Shown in pieces: positions 11,101 to 23,686 of a stretch of DNA of 64,000 nucleotides (within the stretch, counting starts at the first letter, position 1; every line of letters begins with the position of its first letter). The notes beneath the pieces were generated by a model, which saw only the letters and a list, made by a program, of their open reading frames with translations, had not been told where the DNA came from and ran no database searches. A program made the translations under genes and the position numbers. The stretch is taken from contig CATNEN010000038.1 of the NCBI GenBank assembly GCA_950097015.1, positions 4,650,001 through 4,714,000 on the forward strand. The letters run 5' to 3'. Source of the DNA: Macrostomum hystrix. Lineage: Eukaryota > Animalia > Platyhelminthes.

Positions 11101-13216
11101 CGGCAGGGGCTGCTGTTGCCTCAGCGGCCTACTCAGCAGTCGGGGTGCCGCTGATGAGCCTATCCACAACGCCGCCGAATCTGCTGTTGACGCCGGCAAC
11201 CGCGCCAGGCTTCCTGGCTGCGATGGGAGGAATGCCGCAGCGTTTGCTTCTGGCGCAGCAGCAGCAGCAGCAGCATTTGCACCTGTTGGCTCACCTGCAA
11301 CAGCAGCATCAGCAGAGGCAGCAGTTGCAGCAGTTGCAACAATTGCAACAGTTACAACAGCTCCAACAGTTACAACAGCAACAGCAGCAGCAAACTCAGC
11401 CGGTTATAGAGGCCAAGCCACAGCCAAAGTATGCTTTAATTGACGATGCACTTTTACCCTAATTTGAATTCTAATCCTGAATTTCTAGGAAACCTGTAAC
11501 ATCATGTTGCTTGCCTTAGATACCTGTCCGAAAGTCGTGGTTTGGTTTTCTTAAAAACCAATATCAATAAATAACTTTCTTGGAAACCTCCGATTTACTT
11601 TTTAAAAAGTAAGCTTGTCTTTGTTAAAAAATGTTTGTTAAATATTCGTTTTTTAGGAACAAGAACAAATTGACGACTTTCTAAGAAACCTGTGACCGTT
11701 TTTATGAACAACTTGTGTTTCTAAGTAACCAAAGGAACCATGGCTTTCTAGGAAACCTATGACATGTAACGTCTTAGAAAATTCCGTTTTCGTTCTGAAA
11801 AAAATAGTATTTCTACTACAAAAACTGCCTCAAAGCTATTGGCTTTTTCTCATATAAAACACACGCAGGCCGCCGCAGCCGCCGGTGCTGAATGAGCCCT
11901 GCCAGGCGCCGGACACAAGCCGCTTCGTGAAGGAGCCAACATCCGGCTACTACTATGACTCGGAGACCGGGATGTACTACGACGCCAACACTACTTACTT
12001 CTTTGATCCTAGCCGCAACTGCTACCTGTACTGGGATGCGGAATCCGGCTGCTATCGAGACGCCAACGAGCTGCAAAAGCAATCCAAAGAAGACGCTGAC
12101 TGGGCCAGCGGCAGCAAGAAAGCCGGCCAGGAAGGCAACAAAAAGCAGCCGACTGCTTCCGGCAGCGCCGTGGCCAGCGAACCGTTTGGCAAGGCCTCGT
12201 CAATTCAGAAGGACATGGAGCGCTGGGCCCGGATGGTTAATAAGCAGAAAAACCGCAGCAAGCAGCAGCAGCAGGTGGCGATCCCGGCTGACCAGTTGGA
12301 GCAGAGTGGCGGCGGGGCAGCTGACGCGGCATTCGCCATGCTCACCCAGCAGATGGCTTCGGGACCGTCAACGGCGGCGGCAGCTTCCAGCTATTCCGCG
12401 GCGTCTGCAACTCTGCCGCAGTTGGCTGCGGCTACTCCGTCAGTGCTGTCAGTTGGCGCCTCATCGCTTGAGGAGGAAGAAGAGAAACTGCTGGACTGGG
12501 GCCGGCTGGCCTGCCTGCTCTGCCAGCGAGGATTCCAGGTGAGCTGCCTGCGGCTGACAGGCTGACAGACCGACAGACAGACAGACAGATAGGCTGATAG
12601 ACAGGCTGACAGACAGACTGACGGGCGAGAGCTTCCCCTGGCATTTCAGAACGAGGAGGCCCTCCGCAAGCACAAGGAGCTGTCTCAGCTGCATCGCACG
12701 AATCTGGAGCAGCTCAGCGAACGGCTCGGCCTTCAGCCGTCGGTGCAGCAGCAGCAGCTGCTTGACCTGGCCTCCAGCGGCGGCAGCATGAGCTACGAGT
12801 ACCGGGATCGAGCCAAGGAGCGCCGCGACAAATACGGCCTGCCGCCGCCACCGGCCACCGGAAGGCGTCGGCCTCATCAGCAGCAGCAGCCAGCGCCACA
12901 GTCGGCTATTTCAGCCGAGCCTGACTTGCCGCCGCCGCCTCCGCCGCCGACGCAGCCGCAGCCGTCCGTAGGCGCCGATGCGGGAGTCGGCCGCAAGCTG
13001 CTAGAAAAGATGGGCGGCTGGCGCGAAGGCCAGGGCCTCGGCCGGCTTGGCCAGGGTCGGGTGGCGCCGGTTGAAGCCGAGCTTCGTCGGCCCGGCGTCG
13101 GCCTCGGCGTTGCGTCGGCCAGCGCCGGCACGGTTGGCTCGGCGGCCGTGTCAGGCAGCTACATGGACAAGGTCAAGAGCTCCATGATGGCCAGGTACCA
13201 GGAGTTCGACGATTGA
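5160..13216 (+). CDS. RBM5: RBM5/RBM10-like RNA-binding splicing factor, ~929 aa; exons 5160-5594, 6229-6298, 7337-7410, 9310-9414, 10266-10630, 10925-11428, 11869-12538, 12650-13216
   Basis: All exons join in frame via GT-AG. Domain order: RS/RD-rich N-terminus; RRM1 (TVMIRGLP..IRLVRDKVTGVSRGFAFVEF); RanBP2 zinc finger (DWMCLR|CNGHNFRKRDICYKCG); RRM2 (TLVLRCL..VELDGKAISVDYAR); poly-A/poly-Q; OCRE (SGYYYDSETGMYYDANTTYFFD); KDMERWA; C2H2 finger (LACLLCQRGFQ|NEEALRKHKELSQLH); YRDRAKERR; G-patch (GRKLLEKMGGWREGQGLG). RBM5 versus RBM10 cannot be resolved. Confidence 0.93.
5595..6055. repeat. 31-32-bp minisatellite (gtgagattttgtgacacaacatttttgagggg) beginning at the RBM5 intron-1 donor
   Basis: About 14 units; the first unit starts at the GT of the donor. 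Confidence 0.93.
6510..7048. repeat. 24-bp minisatellite (ttaggaatcgcagcaggatccgta) in RBM5 intron 2
   Basis: About 22 units. Confidence 0.93.
7610..8800. repeat. Pyrimidine-rich ~39-41-bp minisatellite in RBM5 intron 3
   Basis: Tandem units such as ctcccctcttttctcctctcctctctctaccctctcatat. Confidence 0.93.
9498..10075. repeat. 22-bp minisatellite (tccttcaggtccgccctcctga) in RBM5 intron 4
   Basis: About 26 units. Confidence 0.95.
10690..10860. repeat. Degenerate ~29-bp tandem repeat (aatcccaattttatcctctcagatttcct) in RBM5 intron 5
   Basis: About 6 diverged units. Confidence 0.75.
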
Positions 13217-13616
13217 TTCTCTGCTAGTTGTCGATGCACGATATGTATTGAAAATTGTGTAACTAATAACTAAATTGTTTTAGTAATTGCACAAACACTA
13301 ACACTGCTATGCTATTTATCCTGTCGTCCTTTATCTGACTCTTAATGCTTCTGTTATGTTTATTGTCAGTTAACCAGTCTATGCATGTTTCTTATTTGCA
13401 TCCTACTTTCAGTAGCATTATGCGATTTTTGGCAAGTTAAGAAAAGTTACTCGATTTAAAGCGGTCCAGTCAATTGCTAAAAACAATTTCTGCGTTGCAG
13501 TAGACCAATTCAACTGTGGCTAGCTGACGTTAAACTGTTATTAAATCCAAGTCAATACACTTCTTATGTATTGTTTTCTCTTTTCCTGCATCGCGTGAAA
13601 TGTGCCGGCTGTAATT

Positions 13617-14935
13617 GGGACTGTGGGATATAGGAATCTGGGATGGGGCTGTGGGATATAGGAATGTGGGATGGGACTGTGGGATGGGGCTGTGGGATGG
13701 GGCTGTGGGATATAGGAATGTGGGATGGGACTGTGGGATATAGGAATGTGGGATATAGGAATGTGGGATGGGGCTGTGGGATATAGGAATGTGGGATGGG
13801 GCTGTGGGATATAGGAATGTGGGATGGGACTGTGGGATATAGGAATGTGGGATGGGGCTGTGGGATATAGGAATGTGGGATGGGACTGTGGGATATACAT
13901 GTAGGAATGTGGGATGGGACTGTGGGATGGGGCTGTGGGATGGGGCTGTGGGATATAGGAATGTGGGATGGGACTGTGGGATATAGGAATGTGGGATGGG
14001 ACTGTGGGATATAGGAATGTGGGATGGGGCTGTGGGATATAGGAATGTGGGATGGGGCTGTGGGATATAGGAATGTGGGATGGGACTGTGGGATATAGGA
14101 ATGTGGGATGGGGCTGTGGGATATAGGAATGTGGGATGGGACTGTGGGATATACATGTAGGAATGTGGGATGGGACTGTGGGATATAGGAATGTGGGATG
14201 GGACTGTGGGATATAGGAATGTGGGATGGGACTGTGGGATATAGGAATGTGGGATGGGGCTGTGGGATGGGACTGTGGGATATAGGAATGTGGGATGGGA
14301 CTGTGGGATATAGGAATGTGGGATATAGGAATGTGGGATATAGGAATGTGGGATGGGACTGTGGGATATACATGTAGGAATGTGGGATGGGACTGTGGGA
14401 TATAGGAATGTGGGATGGGACTGTGGGATATAGGAATGTGGGATGGGACTGTGGGATATAGGAATGTGGGATGGGACTGTGGGGTATAGGAATGTGGGAT
14501 ATAGGAATGTGGGATGGGACTGTGGGATATAGGAATGTGGGATATAGGAATGTGGGATGGGACTGTGGGATATAGGAATGTGGGATGGGGCTGTTGGATA
14601 TAGGAATGTGGGATGGGACTGTGGGATATAGGAATGTGGGATGGGGCTGTGGGATATAGGAATGTGGGATGGGACTGTGGGATATAGGAATGTGGGATGG
14701 GACTGGGATATAGGAATGAGGGATGGGACTGGGATATAGGAATGTGGGATGGGACTGGGATATAGGAATGAGGGATGGGACTGGGATATAGGAATGAGGG
14801 ATGGGACTGGGATATAGGAATGTGGGATGGGACTGGGATATAGGAATGAGGGATGGGACTGGGATATAGGAGTGAGGGATGGGACTGGGATATGGGAATG
14901 TGAGATAGGGCTGTGGGATATAGGAATGTGGGATG
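13617..14935. repeat. G-rich 28-bp minisatellite (gtgggatataggaatgtgggatgggact) built from 15- and 13-bp subunits, between RBM5 and cpo
   Basis: About 45 units; all three minus frames lack stops over most of its length. Confidence 0.95.
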
Positions 14936-15326
14936 TGTCCGTGTGATATGAGACAGAGTCGGTAGGCGCAAAAGCCTTGAAAACGGGAAGCTGTTTTGTT
15001 TTTCAATTAAGCGCATGGCTTTCATAATATGTATTTTGCTGTTTTTAATAACAATTTATTAAGGCAATCTAAGGCAAACAGCATGTACAGTTGGGACAGA
15101 GGAAATAAATAAATATAGAACTGTAGGATTAAAAAACAGAATAAAAAACATCTGTCGCTATTTTTATGCAGTGATCACACTTACAGATTACTGAACTGAA
15201 ACAGAGGAAAACTGCACAACAGCGGATTTAAAAAACATTGCACAACTTTTACATAGAGATTTAACATTAATTTAACATAACCTGGCCGATTCAGACAGTC
15301 AATGTCAACGCCTGCTGGCCTGCCTT

Positions 15327-18300
15327 TCAAAGCCCCTTCTCTCTGAAATGTATAGTGTTTCGTGTCAAATAACAGTTAACTCAGTCTTTCTAACACATGC
15401 CTGTCTAACAGGTACCCATGCCTGTCTAACAGATACCCATGCCTGTCTAACAAGCATCCAATTCTGTCTAACAGGTATCCAATTCTGTCTAACAGGTATC
15501 CAATTCTGTCTAACATGTATCCAATTCTGTCTAGCTAGCAATCAATCTCTCACCTGGCGAACAGCTCCTTGAGCTCCTGCTCAGAGCACAGCTGGCCCAA
15601 ATTGGTGAAGAACAGTGCCTGCGGCTGCATGCCGTGCGCTGCGGCTGCGGCGGCAGCGGCAGCTGCCGAAACCGGCGTGTGGAAACCGCCTCCTCCGCCG
15701 GCGCCACCACCGCCGCCCCCGCTGCCACCGGCACCGCCGTGACCGCCAGCGCCGCCGCCAGCTGACGAAGCCGCGGCTGCGGCTGCTGCGGCAGCTGCTG
15801 CGGCCGCCGCGGCTGCAAACTGATTGCCGCCGTGTTGAGCTGTCGACAGCATCGCCGGCATGAAGGCCTGCGGGATGTTTGTTGCGCCTGAGACCCTACT
15901 TGGCCCGCTAAATTAAGAAGCAGCAGCAGCGGCAGCAGCAGCAGCAGCAGCTCATATAAAAGCGCGAACTCACCGCTCTAAACGGCATCTGCGGCATCGG
16001 CTGCAGCGGGCCAGACTGGAAGATGGCAGCCGGCCCGGCGGCGGCAGCGGCTGCCGCGGCCAAGTCGGCGTAGGAAAACCCCGGGTTGCCCGGCCAGGCC
16101 TCGGAGCCGGGAAGAATGGCGGCCAGCTCGTCTGCAGCGAAGACAACTAAATTCGTTTTTATACATGCGAACTACTCTACTGATAGTGGCAGTGCGAGCT
16201 TTTAAAACATATAGCCAAGATTCAGATACTGAAGAACTGGAGATTCAGATACTGAACAATGAGATTCAGGGATTCGGAAGAAAAGGAGATTCAGATCCTT
16301 AAGAACTAGAAATTTAGATCCTGATTCGTAGTATGAGATGAGGTTGTTAATATAGGATAAGTGGAGCATCTTGTATTCTCAAACAGGTCGCGGTCACTCA
16401 CGGCCGGTAATTGGCATCATGGCCGCGTGGTGACCGCCCAGGCCCTGGTTGAGCTTCGGCTTGGCCACCTTCGTGTTGGTCTTGGCGAATTCAAGGCGCA
16501 GCGTCTGCGGCAGCTCCATGTCAAACTTCACGCCCTGCGCGTTCCCAGGGGAAGCGGAGAAAACTATGTTGGCCTTCAGGTTCTAGTCTTGTTCCTTCAG
16601 GACCTTGAGGAGGTTCTAGTCTTGTTCCTTCAGGACCTTGAGGTGTTCTAGTCTTGTTCCTTCAGGACCTTGAGAGGTTCTAGTCTTGTTCCTTCAGGAC
16701 CTTGAATTAAGGTTCTAGTCTTGTTCCTTCAGGACCTTGAAAGGTTCTAGTCTTGTTCCTTCTTGACCTTGAGAGGTTCTAGTCTTGTTCCTTCAGGACC
16801 TTGAGAGGTTCTAGTCTTGTTCCTTCAGGACCTTGAGAGGTTCTAGTCTTGTTCCTTTAGGACCTTGAGAGGTTCTAGTCTTGTTCCTTCAGGGCCTTGA
16901 AAGGTTCTAGTCTTGTTCCTTCAGGGCCTTGAGAGGTTCTAGTCTTGTTCCTTCAGGACCTTGAGAGGTTCTAGTCTTGTTCCTTCAGGGCCTTGAGAGG
17001 TTCTAGTCTTGTTCCTTCAGGACCTTGAGGAGGTTCTAGTCTTGTTCCTTCAGGACCTTGAGGTGTTCTAGTCTTGTTCCTTCAGGGCTTTGAGGTGTTC
17101 TAGTCTTGTTCCTTCAGGACCTTGAGAGGTTCTAGTCTTGTTCTTTCAGGGCCTTGAAAGGTTCTAGTCTTGTTCCTTCAGGGCCTTGAGGTGTTCTAGT
17201 CCTGTTCCTAAGGGCCTCAGAATCGATATTTTGGTTCCTTGATTGCCGAGGTGCATCCCCCTGACTCACCTGCAGCTCCTGCTTGGCCACTTCGGCATCG
17301 ACGCGACATTTGAATGTGACAAATCCAACTGGCTGAAATTGAAACGTCAAAATAAATATAACAAAACGATAAATTAATATTATTGACTTGATTCAGTTGA
17401 ATACACAATAGCCCGATACTTACACACATCAGCTTCCCAAGCTTCTGGGCAAAGCTTTTAAGTTGAGCATTCTCAAAGCCCTGCAATGGTAAAGTTGGTG
17501 CAATGAATCAAAGTTGCCCGTAAATAACGCAAATTGAAAATTAGACATAAAAGAGGTAATCAAGATTAGGTAGAAGAACTAAACGAGAATTCCCCATAGA
17601 AGCTCTTTTAGACTCACCTTGAAAGCCCTAAACAGCAGGTAGAGCTCCCGCGGCTTCGTGTCCATGGGGAGGCCGCTAACAAACAGGGTTCGCACCTGAT
17701 AGAAAGATAGAAATAATCAAAACGCCAGTTGAAAAAATATTCACAAACTAATTTTTATAAAATCCACAAAACCCTCTTCTGAGTCATGCATGAAATTCAA
17801 GAGGAGTATATTTGTGGATATTTGTTACACTAATCTGATTACCCAGAAATATCGAATAGTAAAACAAAATTAAAGCTTTAATTTAGTTCCATTACAAGGC
17901 AGAACTTGCTGACATCGCGAAGTGTACAAAATTTGTTTAACTGATCTGATTTCTAATAAAATATAATGTACGACAAAAAATGTAAACAAAAAAATTAGTA
18001 AATGCATTTATTTTTTAGAAAATATGCGTAAGTTGCGAGAAGTCTGGATACCTGTTTTACAGCACCTATGAGTATTTATTAGAATTAATTTTACCCGGTA
18101 ATATTGAACAAACTTTCTGACCGAACTGTACTATATTAAAAAACGAAATTTGCTAATTAAACGTGCGTTAGTGTAGCAAAACTGCAAGCTCTTTTCATTT
18201 AAAAAATCAAAGTGACAGTTTATGAGATCTGACAGAGTTGAGGCAAATCTGATTGCGAAATAGTGCTGTTCTTACCTCATCGTCCACGCAGGCATTGACG

Positions 18301-18365
18301 CTGTCCATGCTCTGGCTCAGCGCCATGCTGGCCTCGCTGTTCAGAGCTCCCGGTGAAATCATCAT
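15327..18365 (-). CDS. cpo: Couch potato / RBPMS / MEC-8-like RRM protein; exons 18365-18276, 17695-17618, 17480-17424, 17332-17270, 16534-16402, 16131-15974, 15867-15554; terminal exon uncertain (15342-15327 or 14990-13541)
   Basis: Spliced translation [21 protein letters not shown]|[26 protein letters not shown]|GFENAQLK..|[21 protein letters not shown]|[27 protein letters not shown] matches the cpo/RBPMS RRM. An Ala/Gly-rich linker follows, then the start of a second RRM ([21 protein letters not shown]). All donors are GT(A/G)AG. Confidence 0.9.
15395..15535. repeat. 21-bp repeat (tgtctaacaggtatccaattc) in a cpo intron
   Basis: About 7 units. Confidence 0.85.
16573..17215. repeat. 32-bp minisatellite (gttctagtcttgttccttcaggaccttgagag) in cpo intron 4
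   Basis: About 20 units. Confidence 0.95.
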
Positions 18366-19689
18366 TCAGGTGACCGAGTGCTGTTAGTGCGTGAATATCT
18401 GGCCGAGTGTGTCATAGAACTTGATCGATTTTAGTACGGATTCGGTGATTTTTAGAAACAATCTTCTAAATTTTTGTGAAAGCAGTTTTTTAGAATATAG
18501 ATACGCATTGGCAAATTGAAAACGAGTTACGAGTAGTATATAGTATGATTTGTAAGTAGCATTGTAAGCAGATCCAGTGTGTGAGGTTTGGTTGCATTGG
18601 ATGTCTGTGAATACAATCAGGCACTCGTAATGGAACCACAATACAAGACACGGCCTATTCGAAAAAACCTTAAAATCTTCTAAAAATCCCTGTAAATAGG
18701 ATCATTAACAATTGAAAACTCGATAATCAACATCAATAAAACTATAAACTTACCCTGTTTGGTGATTTGAGCACAGTCTCATACAAGAGAAGGCCAAATA
18801 TTCTATGGACAAAAGCCGATAGCTGACGTTTTCTGGTTGCCGCTAGTTGTCTCTGAAAACACCCCCCCGACTTAAATACTGGGTCAACCGGGGGTCTCAG
18901 CGATGCCTGACAACCCCCAGTGTGCTCTGCTCCCCTCCCCAACAGGCGGCAGCTTCCTTACTCAATGTTAAATCATTCATAACACGGCGCGGCCTTCCAA
19001 GATGCAAAGCGAATGTATAGAAAGCTCAATTGTCCTCTCATCTAGAGAAGATGATTAACAATTTGAGTTTATTGCACAGAAGCCGTGAGCTGCAGAGTGA
19101 AAGTGAATTATTCATTAGCACACGAGGCCGAGATAGACAAGACAATCCTAGCTGGAGTTGATCCACGACTCAGCCGAGAACAAGCCCCACTCGACTGAGT
19201 AGAGCAGCATAATAACAGTTGGAGTCTGCCAAAATCGCACTGCAGAACAATAGCAGGTCCATGAAAATCGTGGGACCCACACGGCAGCGCAGCTGAAGCA
19301 ACTGTTTTGTGACCGCGTGCGATTTGTGTGTGTGGCCTGAATAATGCTACAAATTAATTTCAAATTGTTTTACATTTACATGTATAAAGCAGAACTGAGC
19401 GGGACCTACACGACACTTGATTGAGTCTCATTGTGCTTGCCAGTTAAGCTTTATTGCTTGTTTCTGTAGCTGGCTTGTCTCACGCGCTTCAAAACAATTT
19501 TAAATGCAAGCCTCTGTAAGTTCTGTCGGTCGTGCTGTGCTGAGCCAATTTAAATTAATTATTAACTAATGAAGACTTGGGCACTGATTTCAGCCGGCTG
19601 AATTAATTATGAGACCACTGCTCAACAATGCCGTGAGCTGGGATTTGAGTCCAGGATCTGAGCGGGATTAAGGGTGGACAATATGAAAC

Positions 19690-22545
19690 TTAGAGAATGG
19701 AAATTCTGAACGTAGGAGTGGACATTCTGAATATGGAAGAGTGGACATTCTGAATATGGAAGAGTGGACATTCTGAATATGGAAGAGTGGACATTCTGAA
19801 TATGGGAGAGTGGACATTCTGAATATGGGAGAGTGGACATTCCGAATATGGAAGAGTGGACATTCTGAATATGGAAGAGTGGCCATTCTGAATATGGGAG
19901 AGTGGACATTCTGAATATGGAAGAGTGGACATTCTGAATATGGAAGAGTGGACATTCTGAATATGGAAGAGTGGACATTCTGAATATGGAAGAGTGGACA
20001 TTCTGAATATGGAAGAGTGGCCCATTCTGAATATGGGAGAGTGGACATTCTGGAATATGGAAGAGTGGACATTCTGAATATGGGAGAGTGGACATTCTGA
20101 ATATGGAAGAGTGGACATTCTGAATATGGAAGAGTGGCCATTCTGAATATGGGAGAGTGGACATTGAATATGGAAGAGTGGACATTCTGAATATGGAAGA
20201 GTGGACATTCCGAATATGGAAGACGTGGACATTCTGAATATGGAAGAGTGGAACATTGGAACATTCTGAATATGGAAGAGTGGACATTCTGAATATGGAA
20301 GAGTGGACATTCTGAATATGGAAGAGTGGACATTCTGAATATGGAAGAGTGGACATTCTGAATATGGAAGAGTGGACATTCTGAATATGGAAGAGTGGAC
20401 ATTCTGAATATGGAAGAGTGGACATTCTGAATATGGAAGAGTGGACATTCTGAATATGGAAGAGTGGACATTCTGAATATGGAAGAGTGGACATTCTGAA
20501 TATGGAAGAGTGGACATTCTGAATATGGAAGAGTGGACATTCTGAATATGGAAGAGTGGACATTCTGAATATGGAAGAGTGGACATTCTGAATATGGAAG
20601 AGTGGACATTCTGAATATGGAAGAGTGGACATTCTGAATATGGAAGAGTGGACATTCTGAATATGGAAGAGTGGACATTCTGAATATGGAAGAGTGGACA
20701 TTCTGAATATGGAAGAGTGGACATTCTGAATATGGAAGAGTGGACATTCTGAATATGGAAGAGTGGACATTCTGAATATGGAAGAGTGGACATTCTGAAT
20801 ATGGAAGAGTGGACATTCTGAATATGGAAGAGTGGACATTCTGAATATGGAAGAGTGGACATTCTGAATATGGAAGAGTGGACATTCTGAATATGGAAGA
20901 GTGGACATTCTGAATATGGAAGAGTGGACATTCTGAATATGGAAGAGTGGACATTCTGAATATGGAAGAGTGGACATTCTGAATATGGAAGAGTGGACAT
21001 TCTGAATATGGAAGAGTGGACATTCTGAATATGGAAGAGTGGACATTCTGAATATGGAAGAGTGGACATTCTGAATATGGAAGAGTGGACATTCTGAATA
21101 TGGAAGAGTGGACATTCTGAATATGGAAGAGTGGACATTCTGAATATGGAAGAAGTGGACATTCTGAATATGGAAGAGTGGACATTCTGAATATGGAAGA
21201 GTGGACATTCTGAATATGGAAGAGTGGACATTCTGAATATGGAAGAGTGGACATTCTGAATATGGAAGAGTGGACATTCTGAATATGGAAGAGTGGACAA
21301 TTCCTGAATATGGAAGAGTGGACATTCTGAATATGGAAGAGTGGACATTCTGAATATGGAAGAGTGGACATTTCTGAATATGGGAAGAGTGGACATTCTG
21401 AATATGGAAGAGTGGACATTCTGAATATGGAGAGTGGACATTCTGAATATGGAAGAGTGGACATTTCTGAATATGGAAGAGTGGACATTCTGAATATGGA
21501 AGAGTGGACATTCTGAATATGGAAGAGTGGACATTCTGAATATGGAAGAGTGGACAATCCGGAAGTAGGAGAGTGGACATTCTGAATATGGAAGAGTGGA
21601 CATTCTGAATATGGAAGAGTGGACTTTCTGAATATGGAAGAGTGGACATTCTGAATATGGAAGAGTGGACATTCTGAATATGGAGAGGGACATTCTGAAT
21701 ATGGAAGAGTGGACATTCTGAATATGGGAGAGTGGACATTCTGAATATGGAAGAGTGGACATTCTGAATATGGGAGAGTGGACATTCTGAATATGGGAGA
21801 GTGGACATTCTGAATAAGGGAGAGTGGACATTCTGAATATGGGAGAGTGGACATTCTGAATATGGAAGAGTGGACATTCTGAATATGGGAGAGTGGACAT
21901 TCCGAATATGGAAGAGTGGACATTCCGAATATGGAAGAGTGGACATTCTGAATATGGGAGAGTGGACATTCTGAATATGGAAGAGTGGACATTCTGAATA
22001 TGGGAGAGTGGACATTCTGAATATGGAAGAGTGGACATTCTGAATATGGAAGAGTGGACATTCTGAATATGGAAGAGTGGACATTCTGAATATGGAAGAG
22101 TGGACATTCTGAATTTGGAAGAGTGGACATTCTGAATAAGGGAGAGTGGACATTCTGAATATGGAAGAGTGGACATTCTGAATAAGGGAGAGTGGACATT
22201 CTGAATAAGGGAGAGTGGACATTCTGAATATGGAAGAGTGGACATTCTGAATAAGGGAGAGTGGACATTCTGAATATGGAAGAGTTGCCATTCTGAATAT
22301 GGAAGAGTGGACATTCTAAATAAGGAAGAGTGGACATTCTGAATAAGGGAGAGTGGACATTCTGAATAAGGGAGAGTGGACATTCTGAATATGGAAGAGT
22401 GGACATTCTGAATAAGGGAGAGTGGACATTCTGAATAAGGGAGAGTGGAAATTCTGAATATGGAAGAGTGGACATTCTGAATAAGGGAGAGTGGACATTC
22501 TGAATATGGAAGAGTTGCCATTCTGAATATGGGAGTGGAAATTCC
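19690..22545. repeat. 23-bp satellite (attctgaatatggaagagtggac), ~2.85 kb
   Basis: About 120 units; source of the three ~900-aa minus-strand pseudo-ORFs. Confidence 0.97.
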
Positions 22546-22892
22546 GAAAGACGAGTTCAAAATGAGCATTAAAGTGAGTACTGATAAAATCAAATTAGCA
22601 TAAATGATTTTCCCCCAGCTTAACCAAATGAAATAGGTGAAAATCATAGCACTGGTAAATAAGTAATTGTATACTTTCAGATGGCATGATCAAAACTTCA
22701 TTAGCAATAAAAGTTAAGCACATAATGCCGAATTGGTCAGTGAACAGTTTGTTTTTTTGCGCATAATTTTTGCTAATATGAGGCACAGCAAAATTAGGCA
22801 GAAATCAAATGTTAGAACAAATAATTAGCGAAATAACCCAACTTAAAAAACTAGCAAAACAATTACCGCCAAGCAATAACTTCACAAAATCA

Positions 22893-23263
22893 ATTCATTA
22901 TCCCATACACTGCTCATCAGTGAGTTCATTATCCCATACACTGCTCATCAGTGAGTTCATTATCCCATACACTGCTCATCAGTGAGTTCATTATCCCATA
23001 CACTGCTCATCAGTGAGTTCATTATCCCATACACTGCCCATCAGTGAGTTCATTATCCCATACACTGCTCATCAGTGAGTTCATTATCCCATACACTGCT
23101 CATCAGTGAGTTCATTATCCCATACACTGCTCATCAGTGAGTTCATTATCCCATACACTGCTCATCAGTGAGTTCATTATCCCATACACTGCTCATCAGT
23201 GAGTTCATTATCCCATACACTGCTCATCAGTGAGTTCATTATCCCATACACTGCTCATCAGTG
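22893..23263. repeat. 31-bp minisatellite (ttcattatcccatacactgctcatcagtgag)
   Basis: About 12 nearly perfect units. Confidence 0.95.
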
Positions 23264-23686
23264 ATTTATATAATTTTGTGACTACGTAAGTCACGAATAT
23301 CAGCAAATGTTAAATTTTTGACAAACTGAAAATATGATAATCCGTTTAAAGCTAATTTTGCTGAAAGACATCACCATATTACTTAATAAACTAAAAAAGG
23401 TTTAAAAAAATATGACTACAAAATAGTTACTGCACTATAGTACAAATGAATTCAAATATACGAATCTAATTAATGGAAAAAATCGTAGTAAAGCTACCTT
23501 GAATTAGCCACAGTTAAACATGAACTCAATCACAGATGGATTGGGTGGAAGCAAGGGGATAAACATACAACTAACACAGGTACTAACTAATGGACTCAAA
23601 ATTCAAATCTGAGTTATATGTACAGACAATGTGATTTCTCTCAACGCCAAATATTTGTCTCTCGCGTTGGGATAATTAATTCGGAT

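Noticed and set aside
19622-22647. Three overlapping ~900-aa minus-strand ORFs (MSTLPYSECPLFHIQNVHSSIFR)n
   Set aside because: The 23-bp unit has no stop on that strand, so all frames are open. There is no unique domain or splice context.
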